A DNA stretch of 64,000 nt from contig NC_086109.1 of NCBI RefSeq assembly GCF_963921235.1, forward strand, positions 35,528,001 through 35,592,000, given 5' to 3'. The notes below the pieces were generated by a model. The model saw nothing but the letters and a program-made list of their open reading frames with translations. It had not been told where the DNA came from and made no database searches. The position numbers and the translations under genes were made by a program. Numbering within the stretch: the stretch's first letter is position 1; each line of letters opens with the position of its first letter. Shown here one piece after another: positions 39,741-52,631 of the stretch. This DNA comes from Mobula hypostoma (Eukaryota).

Positions 39741-41096
39741 TCATTCCTATATAGCAGTTTAGACAGTGTCTGCAGAAAGAATTCAGAATTAACACCTCAA
39801 GTCCATGGCATTTTACTGGAATTTTCTAATTAAAACTCATTGTCCTGAGTATTTCAAATATTTTTTATTTTTATTAACGTGTGGAACTTTAAAGAAGTTT
39901 GCTCTGTAGCTCTTGTCATAGATTATAATTTATTAGGAGCCATTCAGTGGGAGATGATCAACTATGGATTTGAGAAGGACATACTAAAATACACTCTTGG
40001 GTTAGCACAACCAAGATCTGTAAAAATTCTATAAAATCACTAAAAACTATAAAACAGTATTGAGAATAGCTAATGGAATACTGGTCATCGTTTCTAGGAA
40101 AGTAAGTTTCAATCGAGGAAGCTGAGCTTTAGTTCCACACAATTTCTTCAATCTATTCAGAGAGGCATTAGCCTTGGAATGATGCAGCATAGCCTCAATA
40201 AAATTATTGTGTCAATTTATGAGGACAGGTAGGATCCTATTGGTATGCATTCACTTCAGCTCTGAACACTGAAGGGCGATGTTATCAACTTGCTTAAAAT
40301 TTTAAAAGGATCTGAAGGGAGGATAGAGAAAACTTATTTCCCTTGTCAAGGATGATGCAGTACAAACTGGCAGAATAAGAGCTAAAGCATTGAGGAATGA
40401 AAGCAGGGAACAGATGTCAGACTGGAAACTTTCCCTGCCCTTTACATTTACAGCGGTCTGGTAATGTGATTACTATCAACCATGCAGAAACCCTGACAGA
40501 GTATATTTATTGAATGACAGCAAACTAGAACACTTATTCTGTGGTGAAATGCCTTTATTTGTGCCTGAGAGATTGCAACAATCCTACTGTCACAGTTAGC
40601 ACTTGGTCCTCATTCTGACTCCTTAATTGTCCTTGCCACAAGCTGTATCCTCTGTTAGACTCATGACTAAACAGGTAGTCAATCCACCAATTTGTTCATG
40701 AGAAATTACTTCTTGTGAATGACTTGTTTATTTCTGCTCCTCCTGCCCCTGTAGTCCATCTGACTGCTTCTTTTGGTGAGTTCCCCTCTCCTGACTGCAG
40801 CCTATTCTAACTGTTGAACCTGTCCTGTTGCGGTAACTCTGCGGCTGAATGGTACACTTTTAAGGTCAAGTCCCATTGCCACATCTGGTAGAAATTACGG
40901 AACTACCTTTCATTACCCTCCGCTTGCCTAAGCAAACAATATACAAGTTCTGCTGACTGATATCTGTGAAAGCTAATTTGAATATACTTTGAATAATTAT
41001 AACGAGAGCTCATTTTAAATGTGGAAATAAAAAGCTTTTAAACTTCCTAGCACCTGCTGTTGAAACAAGTGAAAACCCACATTTTGTGTAAACAGA

Positions 41097-41640
41097 CAAG
41101 TTCAAATTTATTGTCATTCAACCTTGCATTTATTGTCATTCAACCTTACACATGTTTGCAGCTAAAGGAAACATTACTCATCTGGGGCTAAGGTGCAAAA
41201 CACAGTAATATAGTCACACACAGCACAAATAGTCACAATCCAGCACATGCAGTTGCAAAACAATATTAGCACAAGTTCCATGGACATGGCCTGAAGGTTG
41301 ACAGGTTGACATGATGCGCCAGTGCGTGTTTATATAACATATTAAAATGTTGCTGAGACTAATATAATAAAACAAATGGTAGTGTAAATACTGTGTGTGT
41401 GTGAAACGACAGCAATGAAAGATGGAAAATGACCAGAGCAAGATGAGAGTGTGTCTGTGAGTTGGGGAGTGGGGACACCGGACGTTCTGGCAGGGTGCAC
41501 TCGTGCTAAGTGGCAGCAGGGTCTAACAGCCTGGGGGGAAAAGCTGTTATCCCGCCTGACAGTTCTGGTTCTAATGCTGCGGTACCTTCTGCCTGACTGC
41601 AGGAGGTGAAGGAGACTGTGAGAAGGATGGAAGGGTGTTT
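41097..41640 (-). mobile_element. Rex/Babar LINE 3' fragment
   Basis: Minus ORF HPSHSLLHLLQSGRRYRSIRTRTVRRDNSFSPQAVR; tail gacaataaatttgaacttg. Confidence 0.8.
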
Positions 41641-42734
41641 TATTTGCGGCACTAGGAAGCCGGGTGGCTGTGAATAGCACACACAAGAGATGGAGCCGTG
41701 AGGGAAAAAACATTCTGCTGTTTATTTTACTTGCAAGCCATCTACCCAGAATGCCCTCTTACACTACATCCCACATGTAACACACAAGGAAGTGTGACAG
41801 CATCCCGAAAGGAACAAAATATACATGAATATGTAACATGTCCCTCCACCTTATTTTGAAGACTTCTCCCCTTTCCCATACGCAGACCAGTTATTGAGCT
41901 ATTAACATTTAATGAGTAATCATCAACTTCAACCAACAACAAAAAAAAATGTTTTTTTCTCTAAACTAGGGAAAGAGAGTAAACTGCCTTTATTCCCAGA
42001 CATAACTGTGGGGATTTTTCTGCCCCATGTTCTGATTATTCTGTCCTATGTGCACAGTCTCTCCTCTTATGAAACTTCTGAAGTTCACTTTGGCACATCT
42101 CCCTGCTTGGGTTTTGTGTTTATTTAGCACACTCTGTTTTGTGTTTAGGGTATAAGTAAGTAGGCCAGATGCAAAGTTGTCTTTTCATCAGAGCAGTGTC
42201 TGGAGCCATTTTGGTGGTGGTGTGAAGAGTGTTGCGGTATGTCAGCAAAAAGTGCAAAGATGCTGGTTGAGGGATTCACTTCTCTCTGAAGTCTGGAGGA
42301 ATTGTTTCACTGTTTGTACAAATCATTCAGTAAGGCCATTTGTGGCTAGATAATACCTTGCTTACTTGATGTGCTGAATACCTTTGCTTCCAAAAATGCC
42401 TTGAACTCTTCAGACAGGAGTTGTGGGCCATTGTCACTTGCAAGCTATTGAGAAAGGATAAAACGGCTGAAGATAGAACCTACTGTAGCTCCTCAATTAA
42501 TTTTTCGGATTCTCTTCATGATGGTAACCTCAGGCCATTTGCTATGTGCATCCACTACGACCAAAAACATGTGGCCTTTAACAGGTCCTCCAAAATCTCT
42601 GTGAATGCTCTGCCATGGTTCTTCAGACCATTCCCAAGGATGCAAAGGAGCAACTGAATACCATTTCTCACTCACTGACTTGGTTAATCACACTTTATCT
42701 GGCAAACAATCATCACAAATAATAGACTGTAACT

Positions 42735-43270
42735 TCCCTCTGGACTTGGAAGCAATTCAATGTGGCAGAACCGAGACGAGGTGAGGCAGTGGGCCTATCT
42801 CTGAGAGTGAGGAAGGCCCAAGGTTCTATCATTTTAAGTGCCATGCAGAAGGCTGAATCAAGGCAGCAATGTCCGGGCACCAAACTTACTGATTTGACTG
42901 AAATCAATGTTCAGACAGGGACTTAAGTGCAGGGACGAATCGAAAAAGCTGGGTACAGGCCGAATCGAGGAGGTGAGTCCTGGCCCCAGAGTGTATTGAG
43001 GTGATGGAACTCAAAGTTTGGACGTCGATTTAGGAGCCGGGCCCAAATTGAAAAGGTCAGGGTGTTGCGGCCCAAGGCAAGGGACAGGCCAGTTTAGCTT
43101 GCTGCTCCATGGCTTGGCAATGAATTATGGAACTGTCTTTGCAGACTTCAGTTCAGAACACTATTTGCTTGCAGTTACTGTTTGTATGGTGTTTTTATTT
43201 TATCTCTCTCTGCACATTGGGTCTTCTTTTTATGTTTTTGTTGTGTTTCTTTGTTTCATGGCCTTTTGAT
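42735..43270 (+). mobile_element. Non-coding retroposon related to 1-618, 3'-truncated
   Basis: GC-rich body, then ttgcacattggg...tttctttgtttcatggc as in 520-540. Confidence 0.45.
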
Positions 43271-43324
43271 GTGGGCAGGCTGTCAATGGTTACATTCAGT
43301 TCTGGCCACCAGAAGTAGCTGTGT

Positions 43325-45835
43325 GTGATTGAGATTGCAAAGGGAGCCGGAAAGGGCATGTAATAGGGTTATGCCACAATTGTAATTGGGAACTTCAATA
43401 TGCAAGGTGATTTGGAAAATCAGGTTGGTGTCAGATTGCAAGAGAGGGAATTTGTTGAATGCCTATGAGATGGCTTTCTAGAGCAGCTTGTGCTTGAACC
43501 TACTGGGCGAAAGTCTATCCTAGATTGGGTGTTGTGGGATAACCCAGATCTTATTAGGCAGGTTAACATAAGGGAACCCTTTGAAGGCAGTGATCATGAT
43601 ATGATTGAATTCATACTGCAATCTGAGAGGGAGAAGCATAAGTCAGATGTATCAGTATCGCAATGGAATAAAGGGAATTACAGAGGCATGAGAGAGGAGC
43701 TTGGCCAAGTGGATTGGAGGGGGATACTCGCAGAGATGATGGCAGAACAGAGGTGGCTGTAGTTTCTGGGAATAGTTCACAAGGCGCAGGATACATATAT
43801 CCCACAGTAGAAGTTCTCAAAGACAGGGCTAGGCAACCATGACTGACATGGAAAGTTAAGGACTGCAGAAAAGCCAAGGAAAGGGCATATAATGTAGCAA
43901 AAGTGAGTGGGAAGTTGGATGATTGGGAAGCTTCTAAAATCCAACTAAAGGCAAATAAAAAGGCTATAAAAGGGGAAAAGATGAAATATGAGGGCAAACT
44001 AGCTAATATAAAGCAGGATACTACAAGTTTTTCATTAATATAAAGAATAAAGGGAGTAGAGAGACCACTGGAAAATGATGCTGGTGAGGTAGTAATAGGG
44101 GACAAAGAAATGGCAGATGAACTTAATAAGTACTTAGTTTCAGTCATTAATGTGAAAGCCACAGCTGTATGTCAGAGGTCCATAGGGTCAGGGAACAGAG
44201 TGAGTGTCATTGCTATTACAAAGGAAAAGATGTTAGGCAGACTGAAAGGTTTTAAAGTGGTTAAGTCACTTGGACCAGAAGGACTACATCCCAGAGTCTT
44301 GAGAGAGGTTGCTGAAGAGATAATGGATGCACTGGTCATGATCTTTCAAGAATCACTTGATTCTGGCACGGTCCTGGAGGACTGCAAAATTGCAAATGTC
44401 ACTCCACCCTTTAAGAAGGGAGGAAGACAAAAGAAAGGAAATTAGCCAAACCTCAGTGGCTGGGAAAGTGTTGCACTCCATTATTAAGGATGAGGTTTTG
44501 GGGTTCTTGTAGACTAATGATAAAATAAGTCAAAGTCAGTATGGTTTCTGTGAAGGGAAATCTTGCCTGACAAATCTGTTAGAATTCTTTGAGGAATTAA
44601 CAAGCAGGGTGGACAAAGCGAAGGCAGTAGATTTCACTTACTTAGATTTTCAGAAGGCATTTGATAAAGTGCCTCACATGAAGATGCTTAACTAGATAAA
44701 ATCCTATGGTGTTACAGCTAATATACTGGCATGGATAGAGAAATAGCTGACAGGCAGAAGGTAGCGAGTGGGAATAAAGGGGACCTGTACTGGTTGGCCT
44801 CTACTATCTAGTGGTGTTCTTTAGGGGTCAGTATTGGGACAGTTACCTTTCACATTGTTTGTCAATGATTTAGATAGTGGAACTGATGGCTTTGTGGCAA
44901 AGTTTGTGGATTATATAAAGATAGGTGGAGGCTACCTAGTGCTGAGGAAGCAAGGTGTTGCAGAGGAACTTAGATAAATTTGAAAAGTGAGCAAAAAAAG
45001 TGGCAGATGAAATAAGTGTTAGGAAATCTATGATAATGCATTTTGGTAAAATGAACAATAGTGCAGTCTATTATCTAAATGGAGAGAAAATTCAAACATC
45101 AGAGGCACAAAGGGACTTCTGAGTCCTTGTGCAAGACTCCCAGAAGGTTAATTTACAGGTTGAGTGTGTGGTAAAGAAGGCAAATGCAATGTTGGCATTT
45201 ATTTCAAGGGGAATAGAATATAAAAACAAGGAGATAATGCTGAAGCTTTATAAAACACTAGTCTGGCTGCACTTGGGGTATTGTCAACAGTTTTGGGCTC
45301 CTTATCTCAGAAAGGATGTATTGTCATTGGAGACAGTCCAGAGGAGGTTCACGATGATGGTTCAGGAAATGAAGGGGTTAACCTATGAGGAGCGTTTTGC
45401 ATCTTTGGGCCTATACTTACTGGAATTTAGACGAATGCATGGGGATCTCATTGAAACATGCTGAATGTTGAAAGGACTAGATAAGGTGAATGTGAAGAGG
45501 ATGTTTCCTATGTTGGGAGTATCCAGAACTGGAGAGCACAGCCTCAAAATTGAGGGGTTACCTTCTTGAAATGAAGTAAGGAGGAATTTTTTTTAGTCAA
45601 AGAATGGTGAATCTGTGGAATGCTCTGCTACAGATTGTGGTGGAGGCCAAGTCCATGGGTATATTTAAAGCGGAAATTGATAGATTTCTGATTGGTCCAG
45701 GCATCAAGGGCTATGGTGAGAGGGCACGTGTATGGGGTTGAATGGAATCCAGGATTAGCCATGATGAAAAGGTGGGGTGGCCTTGATGGGCTGAATGGCC
45801 TAATTCTGCTCCTATGTCTTATGGTCTTATGGTCT
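43325..45835 (+). mobile_element. CR1 LINE, ORF2 (APE C-half + RT) and 3' UTR, decayed
   Basis: GSDHDMIEF, KSLGPEGLHPRVLRE, LDFQKAFDKVPH, LYKTLVWLHLGYC, GDLIET; tail (TCTTATGG)n. Confidence 0.92.
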
Positions 45836-45854
45836 CGTGGTCTCTAACAATGTG

Positions 45855-45982
45855 CAGTGGAACTCAGCAGGCCAGGCAGCATCTATGGAAAAAAGTACAG
45901 TCGATGTTTCGCACCTGCTGAGTTCCTCCAGCATTTTGTGTGTGTTGCTCAAATTTCCAGCATCTGCAGATTTTCTCTTGTC
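45855..45982. repeat. Palindromic Penelope-terminus-derived element
   Basis: GGAACTCAGCAGG (45859) and CCTGCTGAGTTCC (~45914) are inverted copies of the PLE terminal sequence seen at 17320-17390. Confidence 0.7.
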
Positions 45983-47157
45983 TGTAACGTACAGTGGAAG
46001 TTTCTTTCTCTGTTTGTTAATCTCCACTGTAACATGTACAACTCCCCTCACTGGAACAACCTCACCAGTGCAAGTCTTAAAAGTCAACCTTGCCCCTTCT
46101 GGGATGAGATACTGCAATTTCTCCTTGTAAACTGTCTCTGACACCAGCAATACTGTGTACACATGTACACCTACATCCTCACCATGGCTTCTTTACAGTG
46201 CTTTTGGTTGACTGTGTCATTTCGCTTTTACAGACATGTTCAATGTATCTGTTTTTGCCACAGCTTCAGCAATGTAAATCCAAATATGACTGTTCAATTG
46301 CTGAATGACCAGATTTTTTTTCACATCAGTAAAATTGATTGGCAACAGGTGTCTTATTCTTAAAGTCAGTAGAAACTTTATGAACTTGGGAACTTGTGCT
46401 TAATAGCTTTATTTCTTTTGCTGCCATCTCTATAGATGTACTAATCTCAAATGCCTTCTGTAATGTTAGTTTGTCTTCTGTAAGCAGACGTTGATGAATT
46501 GCCTCACTATTCAGACCTCATATAAATCTGTCACGTAACTGCCCAAAATCACAGTGCTCAGACAATTGGTTCAGCTCCACCACAGAATGTGAAATAGACT
46601 CACCTTCCTCTTGATTCCTTTTATGAAATCTAAACCTCTCAGAAACAATCAAAGATTTAGGTAAATAGTGGTCCTTTAAGACTTCAACTGTGCCCTCATA
46701 AGGCTTATTGCCAGGATTAGCAGGTTGTACTGGACTGCGTAATAAATTAAACATTTTTGTGGCCATCACAGTCAGAAAAGTTAGACCACGAATATCATCT
46801 GCAATTTGATTTGCCAGTGCAAAATAGTCAAATCTTTCAGTTTATGAACTCCATTGCTCTGTCACTTTGTCATATGCCCCATACCTCCAAACACTGTCGC
46901 CATTTTCAAACACAATCACGTTCCAGAGAAGTTGACTAGTCATATCTGTCTCTCTTTCTCCATCTCTTTTTTCTTTTATTTAACTGTCCCATTCTCATTC
47001 TCTCCCCTCGGATTCTTCACTCACATTGCTTCCTGCAGCTGTTCTCGTGGCTTGCGTCCACTTCTTTTTGCTCACCCACGTTATGTAGCGGTACACCACC
47101 AGCGTTGCGTACACACTTTTCTTGTCAAAGGGAACAAAACAATAAATATCCCGTGAG

Positions 47158-49550
47158 GAAGCAGGACCTTCCGGGTAGTAATTTCTGGATTGCTGCCTGT
47201 GCCACACACCAGTGAGGGTAGAAACAGGATGATTTGGCAGATAAATGCATGGCTGAGAAGCTGGTGTGTGGGGGGCAGTGTTTCAGGCTCTTGGATAATT
47301 GGGATCTCTTCTGGGGGAGGTATGACCTGTTCAAAAGTGACAGGTTGCACCTGAACCCGAGACGGACCAATATTCTTGCGGGCAAGTTTGTTAGAGCTGT
47401 TGGCATGGGAGGGGGGGGGGAGCGCGCGGGAATACTCGTGAAGGGATTCAGGATAGGATGGATGTGAAAAAGTAAAGATAGCATGCAGTCAGATTGTCAG
47501 GAAGGGCAGGCAGGTGATGGGACCTAGTTGCAGCCAACAGGCGGAGTATGGAATCATTAGGGATGCAAAACCAGAAAGGATACCAAATACGATACTCAAG
47601 GTGTTGTATCTAAAAACACGTAGTATAAGAAATACATTACAGATTGCCAGGTATGATATTGTGGCCATCACTGAATCGTGGCTGAAGGATGGTTGTAGTT
47701 GGAAGCTGAATGTCTAAGGTTACACATTATGTCGGAGGGATAGGAAGGTAGGCAGAGGGGGTGGTGTGGTTCTACTGGTAAAGAATGGCATCAAATCAGT
47801 AGAATGATGTGACATAGGATGTTGAATCCTTGTGGGTTGAGTTAAGAAACTGCAAAGGTAAAAGAACATTGATGAAGTTGTATACAGGCCCCCCCATCAG
47901 TGGCTTGGAGGTGGACCACAGATTACAACAGGAAATAGAAAAGGCGAGTCAAAAGGGCAATGTTATGGTAGTCATGGAAGATTTTAATATGTAGGTCAAT
48001 TAGGAAAATCAGGTTGGTAATGGATCTCAAGAGAGTGAATTTGTTGACTACCCAAGAGATAGCTTTTTAGAAAAGTTTGCTGTTGAGCCTACGAGGGGAT
48101 CAGCTATACTGGATTGAGTATTATGTAATGAACCAGAGGCGATTAGGGAGCTTAAAGTGAAAGAACCCTTCCAAACCAGTGATCACAATATTATTGTGTT
48201 CACCTTGAAATCCGATAGGGAGAAAGTAAAGTCTAATGTAGCAGTATTTCAGTGGAGTAAGGGAAATTACAGAGGTATGAGAGAGGAGTTGGCCAAAGTA
48301 AATTGCCAGGAGATGCTGGCAGGGATGTCACTAGAACAGCATTGCTGTGCATTTCTGGGAAAAATGAAGAAGGTGCAGGACATGTGTATTCCAATAATGA
48401 AGAAATACTCAAATGGTAATATAGTACAACTGTAGCTGAGAAGGGGAGTCAAAGCTATTGTAAAAGCAAAAGAAAAGGCATACCACAAAGCAAAAATTAG
48501 TGGGAAGATCGAGGATTGGGAAGTTTTTAAAATCCTACAGAGAGCAAGTAAAAAAATCATTCGAAGGGAAACGATGGAATATGAAAGCAAAATAGCAAAT
48601 AATATCAAAGTGGATAGTTAAAGTTTTTTCAAGTATGTTAAAAATAAAAGAGAAGTGAGAGTGGATATAGGACTGCTAGAAAGTGAGGCAGGACAAGGAG
48701 ATAGCTGATGAACTAAGTAAGTATTTTGCATCAGTCTTCACTGTGGAAGACACTAGCAGGATGCCTGATGTTGTAGAGTGTGAAGGAAGAGAAGTGGATG
48801 CAGTTACTGTTACAAGAAAGAAGGTGCTCAAAGAGCTGAAAGACCTAAATGTACATAAGTCACCCGGACCAGATGAACTGCACCCTAGGGTTCTGAAAGA
48901 GGTAGCGATAGAGATTGTGGTGGCATTAGTAATGATCTTTCAAAAATCATTGGACTCTGCCATGGTTCTAGAGGACTGGAAAATTGCAGATGTTATTCCA
49001 CTCTTTAAGAACGGAGGAAGGCAGCAGAAAGGGAATTATAGACCAGTTAGCCTGACCTCAGTGGTTGGGATAGCACTGATGAAGCCTCTCCTTGAGTATT
49101 GTGAACAGTTTGGGCCCCTCATCTTAGAAAACATGTTCTGGTATTGGAGAAGGTCCAGAGCAGGTTCACAAGGATGATTCCAGGAACAAATGTGTTATTA
49201 TATAAGGAACATTTGATGGCTCTGGGTCTGTACTTGCTGGAATTCAGAAGGATGAGGGGGGTCTCATTGAAACCTTTCAAATATTGAAAGCCCTAGACAG
49301 AGTAGATGTGGAAAGGACGTTTCCCATGGTGGGAGAGTCTAGGACAAGAGGGCACAGCCTAAGGATAAATGGGCGCTCCTTCAAAACAGAGATGCGGAGA
49401 AATTTCTTTTGCCAAAGGGTGGTGAATTTGTGGAGTTTGATGCCACATGTAGCTGTGGAGGTCAGGTTACTGGATGTATTTAAGGCAGAGATTAATAGGT
49501 TCTTGATGGACATGGCATCAAAGGTTACGGGGAGAAAGCCAGGAACTGGG
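47158..49550 (+). mobile_element. CR1 LINE with ORF1 esterase C-terminus, APE, and internal deletion of the RT core
   Basis: VVISGLLPVP...NAWLRSWC..FRLLDNWDLFWGRYDLFKSDRLHLN (SGNH-type ORF1), YDIVAITESWL, SDHN, KSPGPDELHPRVLKE, NYRPVSLTSVVG; at ~49070 the sequence jumps to PLLEYCEQF. Confidence 0.9.
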
Positions 49551-51524
49551 GTAATAGCTTTATGCTAACTGCTATGCATCTTTGTCATCCTTTATTCCAT
49601 AGACCCGCAATTCAAGAATATTATTTTGCCATTGATCTACTGTTTAATCTAAATACCTTACTTGTTTTTATGTCAATGTAATTGAATAGTGGAAATAGGC
49701 CAGTTAACAGGATTTTATTGTCATATACTGGAATTGATTTTTATCACACCAGATGTTTATTTGGTCAGGAAATAATATCTACCTGAAAATCTATATTAAC
49801 CTAGGTGACTCAATAAAGAGATCTTTGTTCCTAATTTAAAACTTGATTTATGGGATGACACATCACTGGTAAGACCAGTGTTTATTGTCCTTGTCAAGGT
49901 GGTGGTGTGCTGTCTTTCTGAACATAACGATTATGTTGTTAACTTGTGATCAAGTTCCTCTTTGATGACTATGATAAGAAGAGGTTTATGTGTAGATTGT
50001 ACGAGGAAGTTTCTAGGGTAAATGTTCTATAAACAGGAGTGAATGACGTAGCTAATTGTGAATCCTTGGAGACCTCTACCAAGGTGTCAAAGGATATGGG
50101 AATAGTCTTTAAAAATAAGCTGAGTTAGAAGATAAACCATGATCTTGATGAATGGCCCTAGCAGGGCCTAAGGGATAAATAGCCTGTTCTACACTTATTT
50201 CTCATGCTGTAATATTCTTTTGTAAGATGATTCAGCAGATCAGCAGGGACACAGTTGGTGCGAATGAGGCTGGGTTTGAGGACAGCAACCGTCGAAGTGG
50301 CTATTATTCCATCATGGAACCAGGTGGCCTCAACATTGCCCAGAGATAATGTACATAGCACTGAAACACAGATTGCACAATTCAGTTTCAATATTACCAG
50401 AATAAATGGTGTAAGTTGAATGATTGTAGGTGATGGAAAGACAGGACCTAAGCGGAAACAATGTTTAGTTACACGTGGTGCCATTGAGAATTATGCCGTT
50501 TCCATTACACCAACTCTTTCCAGATGTAACACATGGTTCCAAATTTAGGATAACTTTATAACATTTTATGGGGCATCTGATTTTCTATTAGTTCTCACTG
50601 CTACAATAGTTGAGCCAATTCCAATTTCTAGACTGGCTAGATTTACTATAAGATTGTTCGATACCACTTTATTACTAATTATTCCGGTTGACATAAAGGA
50701 AAGCATAATTTATGTTTCTGCTTTCTTTGATAGAAGAAAAATATATGATTTTATTTGGTTGTATTTCCTGTCAACAACATTTAGTAATCAGAAGAGAGAC
50801 AAATAAATCACTCATATTTTACACTTATTTATATCGAAAGCTTTGACAAATTTCAGCACTGTTTTTACTTAAATCCAACTAATTATTTCAGCATTGTTTC
50901 TCAAACAAAACCAAAATAACTGTATTCTTTCTAAGCTCATTTCAGAGCTTGTTAACTGAATTATTTGATAATTCATATCATGGGTCTTTGCTTATCAGAA
51001 TTTCTCTTCCTTGAAACAAAATGTAAATTTACTTAAAAGAAACAAATTGAAAAAGATTGCCAACAATCTGCAGAATATAATTTTTCCTCAAAAGGCCCCT
51101 GAAAACAGAAGAGTCAGTCAAATCTGATCAGAAACAGACCTACTGGTGGGGAAGCTTGCATTCCATGTTAATGAGCAAAGAGGGATTTGACAGGCATTGG
51201 CTTTATCAATGTACATGCTTCGCATACTCAATTGATGTTTTGACAGAGGATAATTGAATTTAGCCTTGAAAGCAGCTTTCCGCATGGGTTACTGATTTAC
51301 AAATCAAAGTCTGTGTCCTTTACACCTGCAAACCATACAGTAGCAACTAGGACAGGACAGCAGCATTTTATCACATGCTAGTTCAGAATCAATCATAACA
51401 TCCTAAATGCAACAAAATGCTTAGATAAATAATCACATAATGTGGTAAATATATGACCTCCCATTATGCAGGCTATAGTGACACTTACCAGCTAATCCTT
51501 AATAGTTAAAAAAAGTTAAAGTCT

Positions 51525-51740
51525 ATTTTGAGCCTTCAAGTCTGCTCTGCCATTCAATCATGACTGATTCTTCTTTTTCTCCTCCTCTACCCCAGTTCCT
51601 GGCCTTCTCCCTGTAACCTTTGATGCCATGTCTAATCAAGAACCTATCAATCTCTGCCTTAAATACACCCAATGACTTGGCCTCCACAGCTGCATGTGGG
51701 AACAAATTCCACAAATTCACTACCATTTGGCTAAAGAAAT
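51525..51740 (-). mobile_element. CR1 3' fragment
   Basis: MVVNLWNLFPHAAVEAKSLGVFKAEIDRFLI, same subfamily as the end of 47158-49550. Confidence 0.8.
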
Positions 51741-52430
51741 TTATAATATGGTGTGATCAGAGGGGTGATTTGGGGTGTGTGTACAGCAGGTGGAAAGCTT
51801 GTGACTGTAGTAACAGTGCTGGGCAAATGTCCCAAAAATGGGTTTAGCAATTTAGTGGTGGAGGGCAGGACCATTAACTTGAAGGAGTAATAAAAGCAGA
51901 AAGAAATGCCCATTTTGGTGTGATGTCATCAACTTGAGAGATCTTCCAAGCTGTATGTTGATAAGGAAAACCAGAATGATTTAACTCCTAATATTGATAA
52001 GATCCTTTATTCCTACACAAAATTGCCTTATCATGTGAAAGTATTATTGAAGATTGTTCAAGCTACAGTGCACAAGATACCTTAAGTTTTGGATGTGTTT
52101 CTACAATCAAAGTGACATTGAGGAAGGGAATCTTAGGATACCAAAAGTGTTCTGATGACTACATTAGCATCTTGTAGAGATTTAAGAGGATGTTTGAAAG
52201 GATGTAATTTAACTTGGCCTGAACATGGATTCAAATGGATGAAGGTCAGGCAAAAAGAAATAGTGAAAGCAAGAAGCAATTGCTTAACATTCCAAAAATA
52301 CAGAAAGCAATGGTATTTCCAGTCAAATAAATCTATTTCTTTCAGTTTCTCAAAACATTGGCAATGAATATGCATCAATCTTTAGCATAGTTTTAATTAA
52401 ACCATACCTTTGTGATTTTATTATTGCTAG

Positions 52431-52631
52431 GCTTGGAACGAATTGGCCGGAATAATTCTTATGAACAAGAGGGGAAAGTACTGTTTGTTATCGATGCAGT
52501 TTATGCCATGGCACATGCTTTGCACAACATGCACAAAGACCTCTGCCGTGGATATGTCGGACTTTGTTCCAAAATGGATCCCATTGATGGCAAGATCCTC
52601 CTTGAATACATCCGTAAAGTGAACTTCTCTG
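52431..52631 (+). CDS. Internal coding exon of a group III metabotropic glutamate receptor (GRM8- or GRM4-like), Venus-flytrap domain
   Basis: Translation (G)[66 protein letters not shown](G) matches group III mGluRs. T-rich acceptor tttattattgctAG ends at 52430 and donor GTAAGT starts at 52632. The exon is 201 nt, phase 1-1, as I recall for the equivalent GRM4/7/8 exon. The paralog cannot be fixed from one exon. Confidence 0.95.

Larger units (their letters stand above)
42130..46903 (-). mobile_element. Fragmented Gypsy element (gag/protease 45980-46903; integrase 42130-42665) interrupted by younger insertions
   Basis: Gag from ATG 46903 (MATVFG...; LLRSPVQPANP..K.YE..VEVLKDHY.PK.LIVSERFRFHKRNQEEGES...LSEHCDFG.LRDRF), protease-end LTFKTCTGEVVPVRG, integrase PLHPWEWSEEPWQSIHRDFGGPVKGHMFLVVVDAHSKWPEV. 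Confidence 0.8.
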
